From an uncultured delta proteobacterium (GTDB lineage: Bacteria > Desulfobacterota > Binatia > HRBIN30 > BPIQ01): 64,000 nt of DNA. This document shows, one piece after another, positions 9,163-18,651 of this stretch. The stretch is from contig CAVXGR010000012.1 of the NCBI GenBank assembly GCA_963761335.1, forward strand, positions 672,001 through 736,000, read 5' to 3'. The position numbers were made by a program, and so were the translations under genes. Each line of letters opens with the position of its first letter. The stretch's first letter is position 1. Under the pieces are notes generated by a model. The model saw only the letters and a program-made list of their open reading frames with translations, ran no database searches and had not been told where the DNA came from.

Positions 9163-10344
9163 ATGGCAAGGCAAACTCGACATGCTCCGACGAACCACAC
9201 CGTCCTCGTCGTCGACGATCAGGAAGAGGTCCTGCATTCCGTGCGCGAGCTGCTGTCGCGCGAGGGCCATCGCGTGCTCACCGCGGAGTCCGGGGCGCGC
9301 GCCCTGGAGCTGCTCAAGGAGAACGACGTCCATCTCCTCCTCGTCGACTACTTCATGCCGCGCATGAGCGGCGAGCAGCTCATCCGCCAGATCCGCACCT
9401 TCGACCCGTACGTGCAGATCATCCTGCAGACGGGCTACTCGGGAGACAAGCCGGGCAACCGGATGATGGCCGAGCTCGACATCCAGGGCTATCACGACAA
9501 GGCCGACGGCCCCGAGAAGCTGCTGCTGTGGGTCGACGTCGGCCTGAAGGCGCACCGCCTGATCGCCAAGCTGCGCGAGCGCGAGCGCCTCCAGGGGGAG
9601 CTGGTGGCCAACGTCTCGCACGAGTTTCGCACGCCGCTGCACATCATCGGCGGCTACTGCGATCTCCTCCTTCAGGGGGAGTTCGGCGGCCTGCCCGACA
9701 ACGCGGGCGGACGCATCGAGCGCATCGCCGAGGCGGCCTCCAACCTCTCCGAGCTGGTCTCGGATCTGCTGAAGTACGCCAAGATGGAGGCGGGGCTGCG
9801 CGACACGGCGCCGCGCCCGATGGTCTTCCGCGAGCTGACCGAGGAGATGTCGCGTCTCGCCGGCCTGCTCCTCGAGGGCAGCGAGGTGCAGTTCTCCCTG
9901 GACGAGACGGCACTTCCCACCCACTTCGTCAGCGATCCGGTGATGCTGCGCACCATCCTCCGCAACCTCATCGCCAACGCCGTCAAGTTCACCAGCGAGG
10001 GAGAGATCCGCCTGCAGATCACCCGCCACGACGGGACCCTGCGCTTCGCGGTCAGCGATTCCGGCATCGGCATCCCCGCCGAGGCACAGCAGGTCATCTT
10101 CGAGCCCTTCCGGCAGCTCGACGGCTCGATGTCGCGCAAGCACCGGGGCATCGGCCTCGGCCTCGCCCTGTCGCGCAAGTTCGCCCGCCTCCTCGGCGGC
10201 GATCTGTGGGTCGAGAGCCAGGCGGGTGTGGGCTCGACCTTCACCCTGGAGATTCCCGCCGTCGAGGCGATCGAGGAGATCGCCGAGATGGCCCCGGTCG
10301 TCGACAGCGCGCGGGTCATCTACGACACCGCCAGCGCCGCATAA
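9163..10344 (+). CDS. Hybrid response regulator / histidine kinase (REC-HisKA-HATPase)
   Basis: VLVVDD, DYFMP, SHEFRTPL, NAVKFT, DSGIG, GIGLGL. Confidence 0.92.
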   Translation: MARQTRHAPTNHTVLVVDDQEEVLHSVRELLSREGHRVLTAESGARALELLKENDVHLLLVDYFMPRMSGEQLIRQIRTFDPYVQIILQTGYSGDKPGNRMMAELDIQGYHDKADGPEKLLLWVDVGLKAHRLIAKLRERERLQGELVANVSHEFRTPLHIIGGYCDLLLQGEFGGLPDNAGGRIERIAEAASNLSELVSDLLKYAKMEAGLRDTAPRPMVFRELTEEMSRLAGLLLEGSEVQFSLDETALPTHFVSDPVMLRTILRNLIANAVKFTSEGEIRLQITRHDGTLRFAVSDSGIGIPAEAQQVIFEPFRQLDGSMSRKHRGIGLGLALSRKFARLLGGDLWVESQAGVGSTFTLEIPAVEAIEEIAEMAPVVDSARVIYDTASAA

Positions 10345-10353
10345 GGATCACCG

Positions 10354-12039
10354 ATGCTCCACTTCATTCATCATCTCGCATCCAGCATCGCCGCCGTGGG
10401 GGGTACGGTGGCGGCCGCCGCGGCGCGGGCAGCGGAGCTTCCGCTGCCGCGCGCCGGCGCCGGCAACAACCTCATCTGGGCCGGGCTCGCGCTCGCGGCA
10501 GCGGCGGCGCTGCTGTGGCGGGTGGCGCGCCGCCGCGGCGTCGGCCGCAGCGAGATCGCCGAGCGCGCCCTCGCGGAGCTGGCGCAGGCGCTGATCGCCT
10601 CGCGCAGCGAGGAGGAGGTGATCGACCACGCCCTGCAGGTGGTGGAGAACGCCCTCGACAGCGCCGTCGCCGTCATGCTGCGGCGCCGCGAGGGAAACCA
10701 CTTCCAGGCCGCCGGCCGCGGCGGCGGCGACGGCCGTCAGGCGGCGTTGCCGCCGCACCTGATGACCCGCCTCGATCGCGGTCAGGTGCTCAGCAGCGAG
10801 GATCTGCGGACGGCCGCCGGGCCGCGTGCCGCCAAAAGCCCGTTTCCCGAGGCCCAGCTGGTGGTGCCGATCTGCGGCCGCAGCTGCGCCGCCGGGGTGC
10901 TGCTGCTGCGGCCGAAGGGCCGCGCGCGTGCCTACGAGCGCCGCCAGATCGAGCTGGCCTCGGCCATGGCCAGCCTGCTCGGTCTCGGCCTGGCGCGGAC
11001 CGCGGCCAGCGGCGAGGCCGCGACGCTGGGGCGCAGCAACCAGGACCTGGAAAAGCGACTGCACCAGCAGACGCTCGTCGAGGAGAGCACCGGCGCCGAG
11101 CTGAGCCGCTCGCTGACGCAGCTGCAGGAAGCGTACGCCGAGCTCGAGCAGAGCCACGCCAACCTGCAGCGCGCCGACCGCCTGGCCACTCTCGGCCAGC
11201 TCACCGCCGGCCTGGCGCACGAGATCAACACGCCGCTCAGCGCCGTCCTCAACTCCCTGAAGATCATCGCCGACCTGGCGCGCGAGTACGGCAGCTCGAT
11301 CGACGACCCGAGCGTCGAGTCGCAGGACCACCACCAGATCGCCGAGGAGATCGGCTCCAACGCCGAGGCGGCGATTCAGTGGACCCGCAAGGCGACCTCC
11401 TTCATCCGCAGCGTCAAGTGCCACGGCCGCGATCCCGGCACCGCCGGCGAGGAGGAGTTCCCGGTGCGCGAGGTGGTCGCCCAGACCCTGGAGCTGATCG
11501 AGCACCGCATCCAGGCGTCCTCCTGTCGCGTCGACTACACCGAGGAGGGCGAGAACATCTGCCTGCTCGGCAATCCGGGGCGCTTCAACCAGGTGCTGGT
11601 GAACCTGATCACCAACGCCATCGACGCCTACGAGGACAGCGGCACCGTCGACGGCCGCATCGAAGTGTGCGCCCGGCGCAGCGCCGAGGGCATCGACATC
11701 ATGGTGCGCGACTGGGCCGGCGGCATTCCCAGCGCCGTTCTGCCGCGCGTCTTCGAAGGGCTGTTCACCACCAAGAGCTCCGGACGCGGCACCGGTCTGG
11801 GGCTGTGGATCGCGCGCAACGTCGTCGAGGAAGGCTTCGGCGGTGTTCTCGACGTGTTCACCACGCCGGGGCTGGGGAGCTGCTTCACGGCGAGCTTCCC
11901 GGGGCCGAATCAGGCCTGCCCGGCGGCGCTCAGCAGCTTTGCCGGCCAGGCGGCGGAGGACATTCCGGAAGGTCTGCCCCTGCCCTTCGAGCCGCTCGGC
12001 GATGGCGCCGGCCGCTCACCGACTCACGTGGCGCTGTGA
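10354..12039 (+). CDS. NtrB-type histidine kinase with GAF-like region
   Basis: GQLTAGLAHEINTPL, QVLVNLITNAIDA, FTTK..GRGTGLGL. Confidence 0.88.
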   Translation: MLHFIHHLASSIAAVGGTVAAAAARAAELPLPRAGAGNNLIWAGLALAAAAALLWRVARRRGVGRSEIAERALAELAQALIASRSEEEVIDHALQVVENALDSAVAVMLRRREGNHFQAAGRGGGDGRQAALPPHLMTRLDRGQVLSSEDLRTAAGPRAAKSPFPEAQLVVPICGRSCAAGVLLLRPKGRARAYERRQIELASAMASLLGLGLARTAASGEAATLGRSNQDLEKRLHQQTLVEESTGAELSRSLTQLQEAYAELEQSHANLQRADRLATLGQLTAGLAHEINTPLSAVLNSLKIIADLAREYGSSIDDPSVESQDHHQIAEEIGSNAEAAIQWTRKATSFIRSVKCHGRDPGTAGEEEFPVREVVAQTLELIEHRIQASSCRVDYTEEGENICLLGNPGRFNQVLVNLITNAIDAYEDSGTVDGRIEVCARRSAEGIDIMVRDWAGGIPSAVLPRVFEGLFTTKSSGRGTGLGLWIARNVVEEGFGGVLDVFTTPGLGSCFTASFPGPNQACPAALSSFAGQAAEDIPEGLPLPFEPLGDGAGRSPTHVAL

Positions 12040-12695
12040 GCGTGGCCGCGCTCCTTGCCGTAGAAAGCCAGGGCGGCGGCGAGCCGGTTCTTCACGTCGA
12101 GCTTGGCGAAGATGCGGGTCAGATGCGTCTTCACCGTCTGCTCGCTGATGCAGAGCTTGTGGGCGATCTCCAGATTGGTGGCCCCTTCGGCGACGCAGGT
12201 GAGCACCTCGCGCTCCCGGCGCGTCAGCACCGCCATCCCGTCGGGCTCCTCCGCCGGAGGCGCCGTCTGCCGCTGGAAGAGATCGAAGATCTTCCGCGGC
12301 AGCTGCGGGTCGACCCAGACGCCGCCGGCGGCGACCGTGCGGATGGCGTCGCCGACCGACTCCAGTCGCGTCGACTTGAGCACGTAGCCGCGGGCGCCGC
12401 CGGCCGCCGCCTGCGCGGCGATCTCGGTGCTGCTGAAGCCGGAGAGGACCACGACCTGGGTGTGCGGATGCTGATCGCGCAGCCGGCGGATCATCTCGGT
12501 GAAGTTCTTGACGCGCGGCATCTTGTAGTCCAGCAGCACCAGGTCCGGGCGCACCCGCGCCACCACCTCGATCAGCTCCTCGCCGTCGGTGGCCTCGCCC
12601 ACCACCTCGGCATTGCCCCGCCGCGGCAGGGCAATGTTGAGCATCTCGCGAAACATCGCATGGTCATCGGCGACTACGACTCGGATCATCTGCAT
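12024..12695 (-). CDS. NarL/LuxR-family response regulator
   Basis: IRVVVADDH, LLDYKMP, LTRREREVL..GATNLEIA..L.ISEQTVKTH. Confidence 0.93.
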   Translation of the reverse strand: MQMIRVVVADDHAMFREMLNIALPRRGNAEVVGEATDGEELIEVVARVRPDLVLLDYKMPRVKNFTEMIRRLRDQHPHTQVVVLSGFSSTEIAAQAAAGGARGYVLKSTRLESVGDAIRTVAAGGVWVDPQLPRKIFDLFQRQTAPPAEEPDGMAVLTRREREVLTCVAEGATNLEIAHKLCISEQTVKTHLTRIFAKLDVKNRLAAALAFYGKERGHAHSAT

Positions 12696-12848
12696 CGGGC
12701 TCAGTCCCGCCGGTCGCCTCTTCAATTCCCGGGCCGCCCCGCGAGCGCACTGAATACATCGAAAGTCGTACACAGGTGACATGGCGCTTGCCGCGTCAGC
12801 GATGATGCAATGGCGCCGGGCGCCGCGTTGGCGACGCCCGCGCGCCAA

Positions 12849-12898
12849 GTGGAAGCGGCGTCTCGCCGCTTCGGGAAAGCGCCGGGACGGCGCTTCAC
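12849..12898. repeat. 50-bp GTAG double-hairpin REP-like element, family B (diverged ends)
   Basis: GTGGAAGCGGCGTCTCGCCGCTTCGGGAAAGCGCCGGGACGGCGCTTCAC. Confidence 0.85.
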
Positions 12899-12909
12899 GC
12901 GAGGGGCGA

Positions 12910-13028
12910 GCGATGCGCCCACAGGCGCCGATCTCGGCGATCACCTGCGCGGTGCGCTCGGGATCGTGGCGTCCGTCGGTGCCGACGCAGCGGTGGATGT
13001 TGTAGGTCGCGAGGCCAAGGCGGCTCAC
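12910..13028 (-). pseudogene. N-terminal remnant of an endonuclease/exonuclease/phosphatase (EEP) gene
   Basis: GTG overlaps the EamA stop; SRLGLATYNIHRCVGTDGRHDPERTAQVIAEIGA is a typical EEP start; similarity ends at the family B repeat. Confidence 0.65.
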
Positions 13029-13966
13029 GACGGCATGCGGGCGTCCGTCACTCCCTCCTCGATGCTCCGTTCCATCGCCACCGGCGCGGCGCCGCGACTC
13101 ACGGCGAGGGCGATGGCGGCAATCATCAGCGAGGCGCCGACGAGGGTATGGAGGCCGAGATGCTCGCCGAGAAAGAGCGCCTCCAGGCCGGCGGCGCTGA
13201 CCACCGTGGTCGCCGCCGCCAGGCTGCCGACCGCGGTCGAGGTGTAGCCGAGGCCGTGATGGAGAAGCCACTGGCCGCCGGCCGAGGTGAGGACGACGCC
13301 GGCCAACACCAGCAGCAGGGCTCCGCTCAGCGGCGGCAGGCCCTCGAGCAGCGCCGGAGCGGTGAGCACGACGCCGACCGCCATGAAGTACACGGTGATC
13401 AGCAGAGCGTTCTCGGTGAGGCGCAGATGGCGCGCCGTCGCCACCGCGCCGCCGGCGAGCACCGAGGCCCCCAGCGCGGCGAGGGCCCCGAGCTCGGTGG
13501 CGGCGCTGATGTCGGCGCCCGGTCCGACCACCACGACGATTCCGGCGAGGTCCACGGCCAGGGCCACGAGCGAGCGCCCGCCCAGGCTCTCGCCGAGAAA
13601 CAGCCCGGCAAACAGAGTCGCCCACACCGGATAGGTGCAGTGCAGCAGGGTGGCAAAGCCGGCGCCGGCGTTCTCGATGCCGAAGTAGTAGAGAACGATG
13701 GCGGCGGCGCCGAGAAAACCGCGCAGCAGCAGCCCGGGCAGGCTTCCCGGCTGCGGCCGCAGCCGATGGGGGCCGGCGGCGGCGAGCAGCAGCACCAGGG
13801 AGCCGAGGAAGCGGAAGAAGGCGACCTGCGACGACGGCATGAAGCGGGTCGCGAGGCGCACGCAGACCGCCATGGCGCCGAACAGAAACGAGGCCAGCAG
13901 GATGACCCCGACGCCGCGGCGGAGCGCCGCCCGCGGCGTCGGGTGAGCGGTCCGCTGGCCGCTCAC
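13025..13966 (-). CDS. EamA/DMT family transporter
   Basis: About 10 TM segments, two EamA repeats (FLGE motifs). Confidence 0.9.
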   Translation of the reverse strand: MSGQRTAHPTPRAALRRGVGVILLASFLFGAMAVCVRLATRFMPSSQVAFFRFLGSLVLLLAAAGPHRLRPQPGSLPGLLLRGFLGAAAIVLYYFGIENAGAGFATLLHCTYPVWATLFAGLFLGESLGGRSLVALAVDLAGIVVVVGPGADISAATELGALAALGASVLAGGAVATARHLRLTENALLITVYFMAVGVVLTAPALLEGLPPLSGALLLVLAGVVLTSAGGQWLLHHGLGYTSTAVGSLAAATTVVSAAGLEALFLGEHLGLHTLVGASLMIAAIALAVSRGAAPVAMERSIEEGVTDARMPS

Positions 13967-14085
13967 GAGACCTCGATGACCGCGGCGGCGTTCTTCAACG
14001 GGCTGCTAACCATGACGCAGCAGTGGCGAAGTGGCGGGCGGGCGTCAATGCACGCGTTTCCACGACCCTGGGGCGCACGGCGGCG

Positions 14086-15510
14086 TCAGGTCCCCGGACC
14101 GCACTCGAGATCGCGCGGTCGCGGGAAGCGCCGCAGCTTGAGGCGGGCGCTCAGCTGCTGCAGAGCGCTGCGAATCCCCTCCTCGAAGACGGGGTGATAG
14201 AAGGGCATGCCGAGGGCGTCCTCCACCGTCATGCGACTCTGCACCGCCCAGGCGAGCAGATGCGCGGTGTGCTCGACCTCCGGACCGAACATCTCGGCGC
14301 CCACCAGCGTGCCGCGCTCGCGCCGCGCGTAGATGCGCACCAGCCCGGCGTTGCGGCCGGCGATGCGCGCCCGTCCCTGATCCTCGTAGTCGACGGCGCC
14401 AATCTCGATCTCGCCGGGATCGAGCTGGCGATAGGCGGCGCCGACCACGGCCATCTGCGGATCCGTGAAGACGATCCCCAGAGGGGTTCGGCGAAGCTGG
14501 GCGCGCACCTCGGGGAAGTCTGCGGCGTTGGCGCCGGCGATGTGTCCCTCGTCGGCGGCCTCGTGCAGCACGGGGCGATCGCCGGCGGCATCGCCGGCAA
14601 AGAAAACCGGCAGATCGCCGCTCTGCATGGTGCGCGGATCGAACCGCGGGAGGCCACCGGCGTCGAGCGCGACGCCGGCTTTCGGCAGATCGAGCCGGGA
14701 GAGATCGGCGCGGCGGCCGGCGGCGACCAGCACCTGGGCGAACTCTTCCGCGCCGCTGTCCTCGGCGCTCCGCCAGCGCACCCGCATGCCCGCCGCCGCC
14801 TCCTCCACGTCGATATCGCATCCGAGGTGGAGATCGAGCTCGCCACCGAGAAGGCGCCGCTTGGCGGCGCCCACCTCGGGATCGCTGCCGACGCCGAGCT
14901 CCGCGAACGGCGAGAACAGCGCCGTGCGCACCCCCAGCCGGCCGAGCGCCTGGCCGATCTCGAGGCCCACCGCGCCGGTGCCGATCACCGCCAGCGAGCC
15001 CGGCAGATCGTCGAGCCCGAAGACGTCGTCGCTCAGCAGCAGCCGGTGCCGCAGCTGCTCCAGCTTCGGCGGCACCCACGGGCGCGCCCCGGTGGCCACC
15101 ACCACGGCGCGCATTCGCACTCGCTGCTCGCCCACCTGAAGCTCGTTGGCGCCGAGGAAGCGCGCCGCGCCGCGCAGGCGGTTCGCCGCGGGGATCTCCT
15201 CGGTGGACTCGACCGTGAAGTTGACGAAGCGCTGGCGCTCGCGGCGCAGGCGCTCGAGAACCGCTTTGCCGTCGACCCGCCAGCCGCTGACCTCGATGCC
15301 GAAGCGCCCGGCTCCGGCGACCCGATGCGCCGCCTCGGCGGCGGCGATCAGGAGCTTCGAGGGCATGCAGCCGACGCGAGCACAGGTGGTGCCGTACTCT
15401 CCCTCCTCGATCAGCACCGCCTGCCTGCAGCGCCGCGCCGCCTCGCGATAAGCCACCAGCCCCGCAGTTCCGGCGCCGATGACCGCAACGTCCACGCTGC
15501 GCGTCTCCAT
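14086..15510 (-). CDS. Dihydrolipoyl dehydrogenase-family flavoprotein disulfide reductase
   Basis: GAGTAG FAD motif, CARVGCMPSK redox centre, GTGAVGLE, YHPVFEEG. Confidence 0.88.
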   Translation of the reverse strand: METRSVDVAVIGAGTAGLVAYREAARRCRQAVLIEEGEYGTTCARVGCMPSKLLIAAAEAAHRVAGAGRFGIEVSGWRVDGKAVLERLRRERQRFVNFTVESTEEIPAANRLRGAARFLGANELQVGEQRVRMRAVVVATGARPWVPPKLEQLRHRLLLSDDVFGLDDLPGSLAVIGTGAVGLEIGQALGRLGVRTALFSPFAELGVGSDPEVGAAKRRLLGGELDLHLGCDIDVEEAAAGMRVRWRSAEDSGAEEFAQVLVAAGRRADLSRLDLPKAGVALDAGGLPRFDPRTMQSGDLPVFFAGDAAGDRPVLHEAADEGHIAGANAADFPEVRAQLRRTPLGIVFTDPQMAVVGAAYRQLDPGEIEIGAVDYEDQGRARIAGRNAGLVRIYARRERGTLVGAEMFGPEVEHTAHLLAWAVQSRMTVEDALGMPFYHPVFEEGIRSALQQLSARLKLRRFPRPRDLECGPGT

Positions 15511-15541
15511 CGTTCCATTTGTGACCGCTTGCCCCGGCAAA

Positions 15542-15694
15542 TGGAAGCGGCGGCGTCTCGCCGCTTCGGAAAGCGCCGGGACAGCGCTTCTACTGCTGAA
15601 GAGGCCTCTCTCAAAACCCCTTCAAGACGATTCCCGCCGGCCGAGTAGAAGCCGCGTCTCGCCGCTTCGGAAAGCGCCGGGACGGCGCTTCTAC
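15542..15694. repeat. Two family B 50-bp elements
   Basis: Copies at 15542..15593 and 15645..15694. Confidence 0.85.
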
Positions 15695-15795
15695 TTTGGT
15701 TTTCGGCTACCATCACTGAGCGCCGCTGTGACGGCGGACCAAGACACGCGGCATCGGGGACATGACGGGAACGAACCCGCAACCCGAGTGCGAGT

Positions 15796-16218
15796 TCAAC
15801 TGCGGGCGCGCCCGCCGAGCTTGACGATGCGGTCGAAATCCGCCTTGCCCACCGGCTGCACGGAGAGCCGCGACTGCCTGAGAAGCACCATCTTCGCCAG
15901 CGTCGGCTCCGCCTTGATCTGCTCCAGGGTCACCGGCCGCGCCAGTGCGAATGCCGGCTCGACGTCGACCACCGACCAGTCGCCGCCGCGGCCCGTGGGA
16001 TCCGCGTAGGGAGCGGAGGCCACCCGCGCCACGCCGCGAATCGCCCGCTCGTTCACCGAGTGGTAGAAGAGCAACTGATCGCCGGGCTGCATGCTGCGGA
16101 TATTGTTGCGCGCCTGGAAATTGCGCACCCCATCCCAGCGCGTCTTGCCGTCCTCCACCAGATCCTCCCAGGAGTAGGCTCCCGGCTCCGACTTGATCAA
16201 CCAATAGCTGGCCACCAT
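15796..16218 (-). CDS. EVE domain-containing protein
   Basis: YWLIKSEP..YSW..WDGVRNFQARN..GDQLLFYHS..RLSVQPV. Confidence 0.93.
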   Translation of the reverse strand: MVASYWLIKSEPGAYSWEDLVEDGKTRWDGVRNFQARNNIRSMQPGDQLLFYHSVNERAIRGVARVASAPYADPTGRGGDWSVVDVEPAFALARPVTLEQIKAEPTLAKMVLLRQSRLSVQPVGKADFDRIVKLGGRARS

Positions 16219-16258
16219 CGACCGCATAGCTGCGATCCCCGCCGCTTGGCAAGGGCCG

Positions 16259-16617
16259 GGTTGTTGGGTTGATGGGCTGATCTCATGCTCGTGCTCGGCG
16301 AAGCGGTGCTCGTAATCGTGCTCGCAATCGAGCCAGCGGCGCGGAATGGCCGGGGTGTCGCGTCGGAAGCCGCGACGGTCACTGACGATCACGAGTACGA
16401 TTACGAGTAGAGGAGGCGTCCCGCCTCCTCTGGACGCGGCGGGACGCCGCGTCTACTTCTCGGCAGATCGCAATCGAGCCAGCGGTGTGGAATGGCCGGG
16501 GCGTCGCAAGCCGCGACGATCACTGACGATTACGAGTACGAGCACCGCTTCGCTGAGCACGAGATCAGCCCATCAGCCCAATAACCTACGAACCCAACAA
16601 CCAACAACCAACAACCT
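16259..16617. repeat. Composite nested palindrome: family C hexamer arms, internal direct repeat, family B variant and CAAC tract
   Basis: Arms ~16259..16325 and ~16527..16586 are inverted; 16322..16400 is repeated at 16468..16540; GTAG..CTAC element at 16407..16456. Confidence 0.8.
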
Positions 16618-16621
16618 AGCA

Positions 16622-17815
16622 TCACGCTACTACGCTGCGAGTATGCAGCGATGCAATCTCCTCCGCATCGAGGCCGCACTCGCGGAGGATCTCGTCGCTG
16701 TGCTCGCCGAGGAGCGGCGGCCGGCGCTCGATGCGTCCGGGGGTGACCGAGAGCTTGACGGGCAGCCCGGTGGTCTTGAAGGTTCCCACCTGCGGGTGCG
16801 GCAGCTCGACCAGCATCTGGCGAGCCAGCACCTGGGGATCGGCGAACACCTGGGCGACATCGAGCACCGGTCCGCACGGCACCCCGGCGTCGTTGATGCG
16901 CGTCACCCAGTCGTCGACGCCGGCGCTCGCCAGTGCCGCCTCGATCTCCGCGGTCAGCGCCTCGCGGTTGGCGAGGCGCTCGGCCGGGCCGGCGAAGCGC
17001 GGATCGTCGAGCCACTCGGCTCGACCGAGGGCGCCGGCGAGCTTCCGCCACATGGCGTCGTTGCCGGCGGCGATGTTGAGAAAGCCATCGCCGGCGCGGA
17101 AGCGCCCGTACGGCGACGACAGCGGGTGGTGCTGTCCCGAGGGACCCGGCGCCGTTCCCCACTCGAAGTACATGCCGGCGCCCCAGGAGAGGACGCCGAC
17201 CATCGCCTCGAGCAGCGAGGTGTGCACGACCTGGCCGCGCCCGGTGCGCTGGCGCGCCAGCAGGGCGAGCTGCACGCCGTGCGCGGCAAACAGGCCGCCG
17301 AGCAGATCGGCGATGGCGATGCCGGCGCGCGTCGGGCCGCTCGCCTCGGTGCCGGTGAGGCTCATGAAGCCGCTCATCCCCTGGGCGATCTGATCGAAGC
17401 CGGGCCGGTCGCGGTACGGCCCCTCGGCGCCGAAGCCGGAGATGCCGCAGTAGATCAGCCGCGGCCAGCGCTCCGTCAGCTGCGCCGCGCCCATGCCGAG
17501 CCCGTCCATGACCCCCGGGCGGAAGTTCTCGATGAGCACGTCGAACTGCGGCAGCAAGCGCAGGAGCAGGGCGCGGCCTTCGGCGGTCTTCACGTCGAGC
17601 GCCAGGGAGCGCTTGCCGCGGTTGGCCGACAGGAAGAAGTAGGAGTCGCGCTCGCTGCCCGGCAGGCGGAACTCGCGGCCGCGCGGCGACTCCACCTTCA
17701 CCACGTCGGCGCCGTAATCGGCGAGCAGCATCGAGGCAAAGGGCCCGGCGAGATAGCGGGTGAGATCCAGCACCCGCACCCCGGCGAGCGGCGGCGCCGC
17801 GGCGTCCCCCGCCAT
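16622..17815 (-). CDS. CaiB/BaiF family III CoA-transferase
   Basis: LAGVRVLDLTRYLAGP, NRGKRSL, ENFRPG, GFDQIAQ, PPLLGEH. Confidence 0.95.
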   Translation of the reverse strand: MAGDAAAPPLAGVRVLDLTRYLAGPFASMLLADYGADVVKVESPRGREFRLPGSERDSYFFLSANRGKRSLALDVKTAEGRALLLRLLPQFDVLIENFRPGVMDGLGMGAAQLTERWPRLIYCGISGFGAEGPYRDRPGFDQIAQGMSGFMSLTGTEASGPTRAGIAIADLLGGLFAAHGVQLALLARQRTGRGQVVHTSLLEAMVGVLSWGAGMYFEWGTAPGPSGQHHPLSSPYGRFRAGDGFLNIAAGNDAMWRKLAGALGRAEWLDDPRFAGPAERLANREALTAEIEAALASAGVDDWVTRINDAGVPCGPVLDVAQVFADPQVLARQMLVELPHPQVGTFKTTGLPVKLSVTPGRIERRPPLLGEHSDEILRECGLDAEEIASLHTRSVVA

Positions 17816-17817
17816 TC

Positions 17818-18600
17818 TCAGGCCCCGCGGAACTGCGGCCGGCGCTTCTCGAGGAAGGCGCGCACGCCTTCGGCGTAGTCCTCGCTCTCGTAGCAGGCGC
17901 GAATCGAGGCGGCGATCGCCTGGTGGTCGCGCCCCTCGACGGGCTTGGACAGCTCGCGCAGTACCAGCTTGGCGCTGCGCACGGTGAGCGGCGCATTGGC
18001 GGCGATCTCGGCGGCCGTGCGGCGCACGAAGTCGTCGAGCTCGGCCTTGGGAAGAACGCGGTTCACCAGCCCCATCTGCAACGCCTCGGCGGCGTTGAAG
18101 CGGCGCGCCGTGAAGAAGATCTCGCGCGCCGCGGCGGTGCCGACCACGCCGACCAGCATCTCCAGGCCGGCGGCGTTGTAGCCGAGCCCGAGCCGCGCCG
18201 CGGGAATGGCGAAGACGCCGTCGTCGGCGCTGTAGCGAAGGTCGGCGGTCAGGGCCAGGGCGCAGCCGCCGCCGACGCAGAAGCCGTGCACCAGCGCGAT
18301 CAGCGGCTTCGACATCGACGCCAGCGCCAAGAACGCCAGGGCATTGTTGCGGTCGTACTCCTCGGCGCCGACGCCGCTGCGGCGCTGCTCGAACTCGGAG
18401 ATGTCGGCGCCGGAGACGAAGGCGAGCTCACCCTCGCCGCGCATGACCACCACGCGGATGTCCGGATCGGCGTCGAAGTCACGCGCCGCGCCCGGAATCT
18501 CCCGCCACATCTCCGCGGAGATGGCGTTGCGCCGTTGCGGGTGGTCGAAGATGATCCAGCCGATGTTGCCGTCCTTCTCGGTGCGCAGTCGTCCGCCCAT
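17818..18600 (-). CDS. Enoyl-CoA hydratase/isomerase
   Basis: FVSGADI, KPLIA.VHGFCVGGG, EGVRAFLEKR.P.F. Confidence 0.95.
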   Translation of the reverse strand: MGGRLRTEKDGNIGWIIFDHPQRRNAISAEMWREIPGAARDFDADPDIRVVVMRGEGELAFVSGADISEFEQRRSGVGAEEYDRNNALAFLALASMSKPLIALVHGFCVGGGCALALTADLRYSADDGVFAIPAARLGLGYNAAGLEMLVGVVGTAAAREIFFTARRFNAAEALQMGLVNRVLPKAELDDFVRRTAAEIAANAPLTVRSAKLVLRELSKPVEGRDHQAIAASIRACYESEDYAEGVRAFLEKRRPQFRGA

Positions 18601-18651
18601 GGCGGCAAGCTTAACAGAGAAGCCGGGAGCGCGGCCAGCTTGGCCGCTGCC

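Noticed and set aside
12024..13625. 533-aa extended response regulator
   Set aside because: The extension overlaps EamA off-frame and crosses a repeat; only the EEP remnant and REC-HTH parts look real
13990..14010. IS-end-like TTCTTCAACGGGCTGCTAA, also AGAGGC..TCTCAAAA at ~15600 and its inverse at ~49989
   Set aside because: Too short, unpaired and without a TSD or transposase
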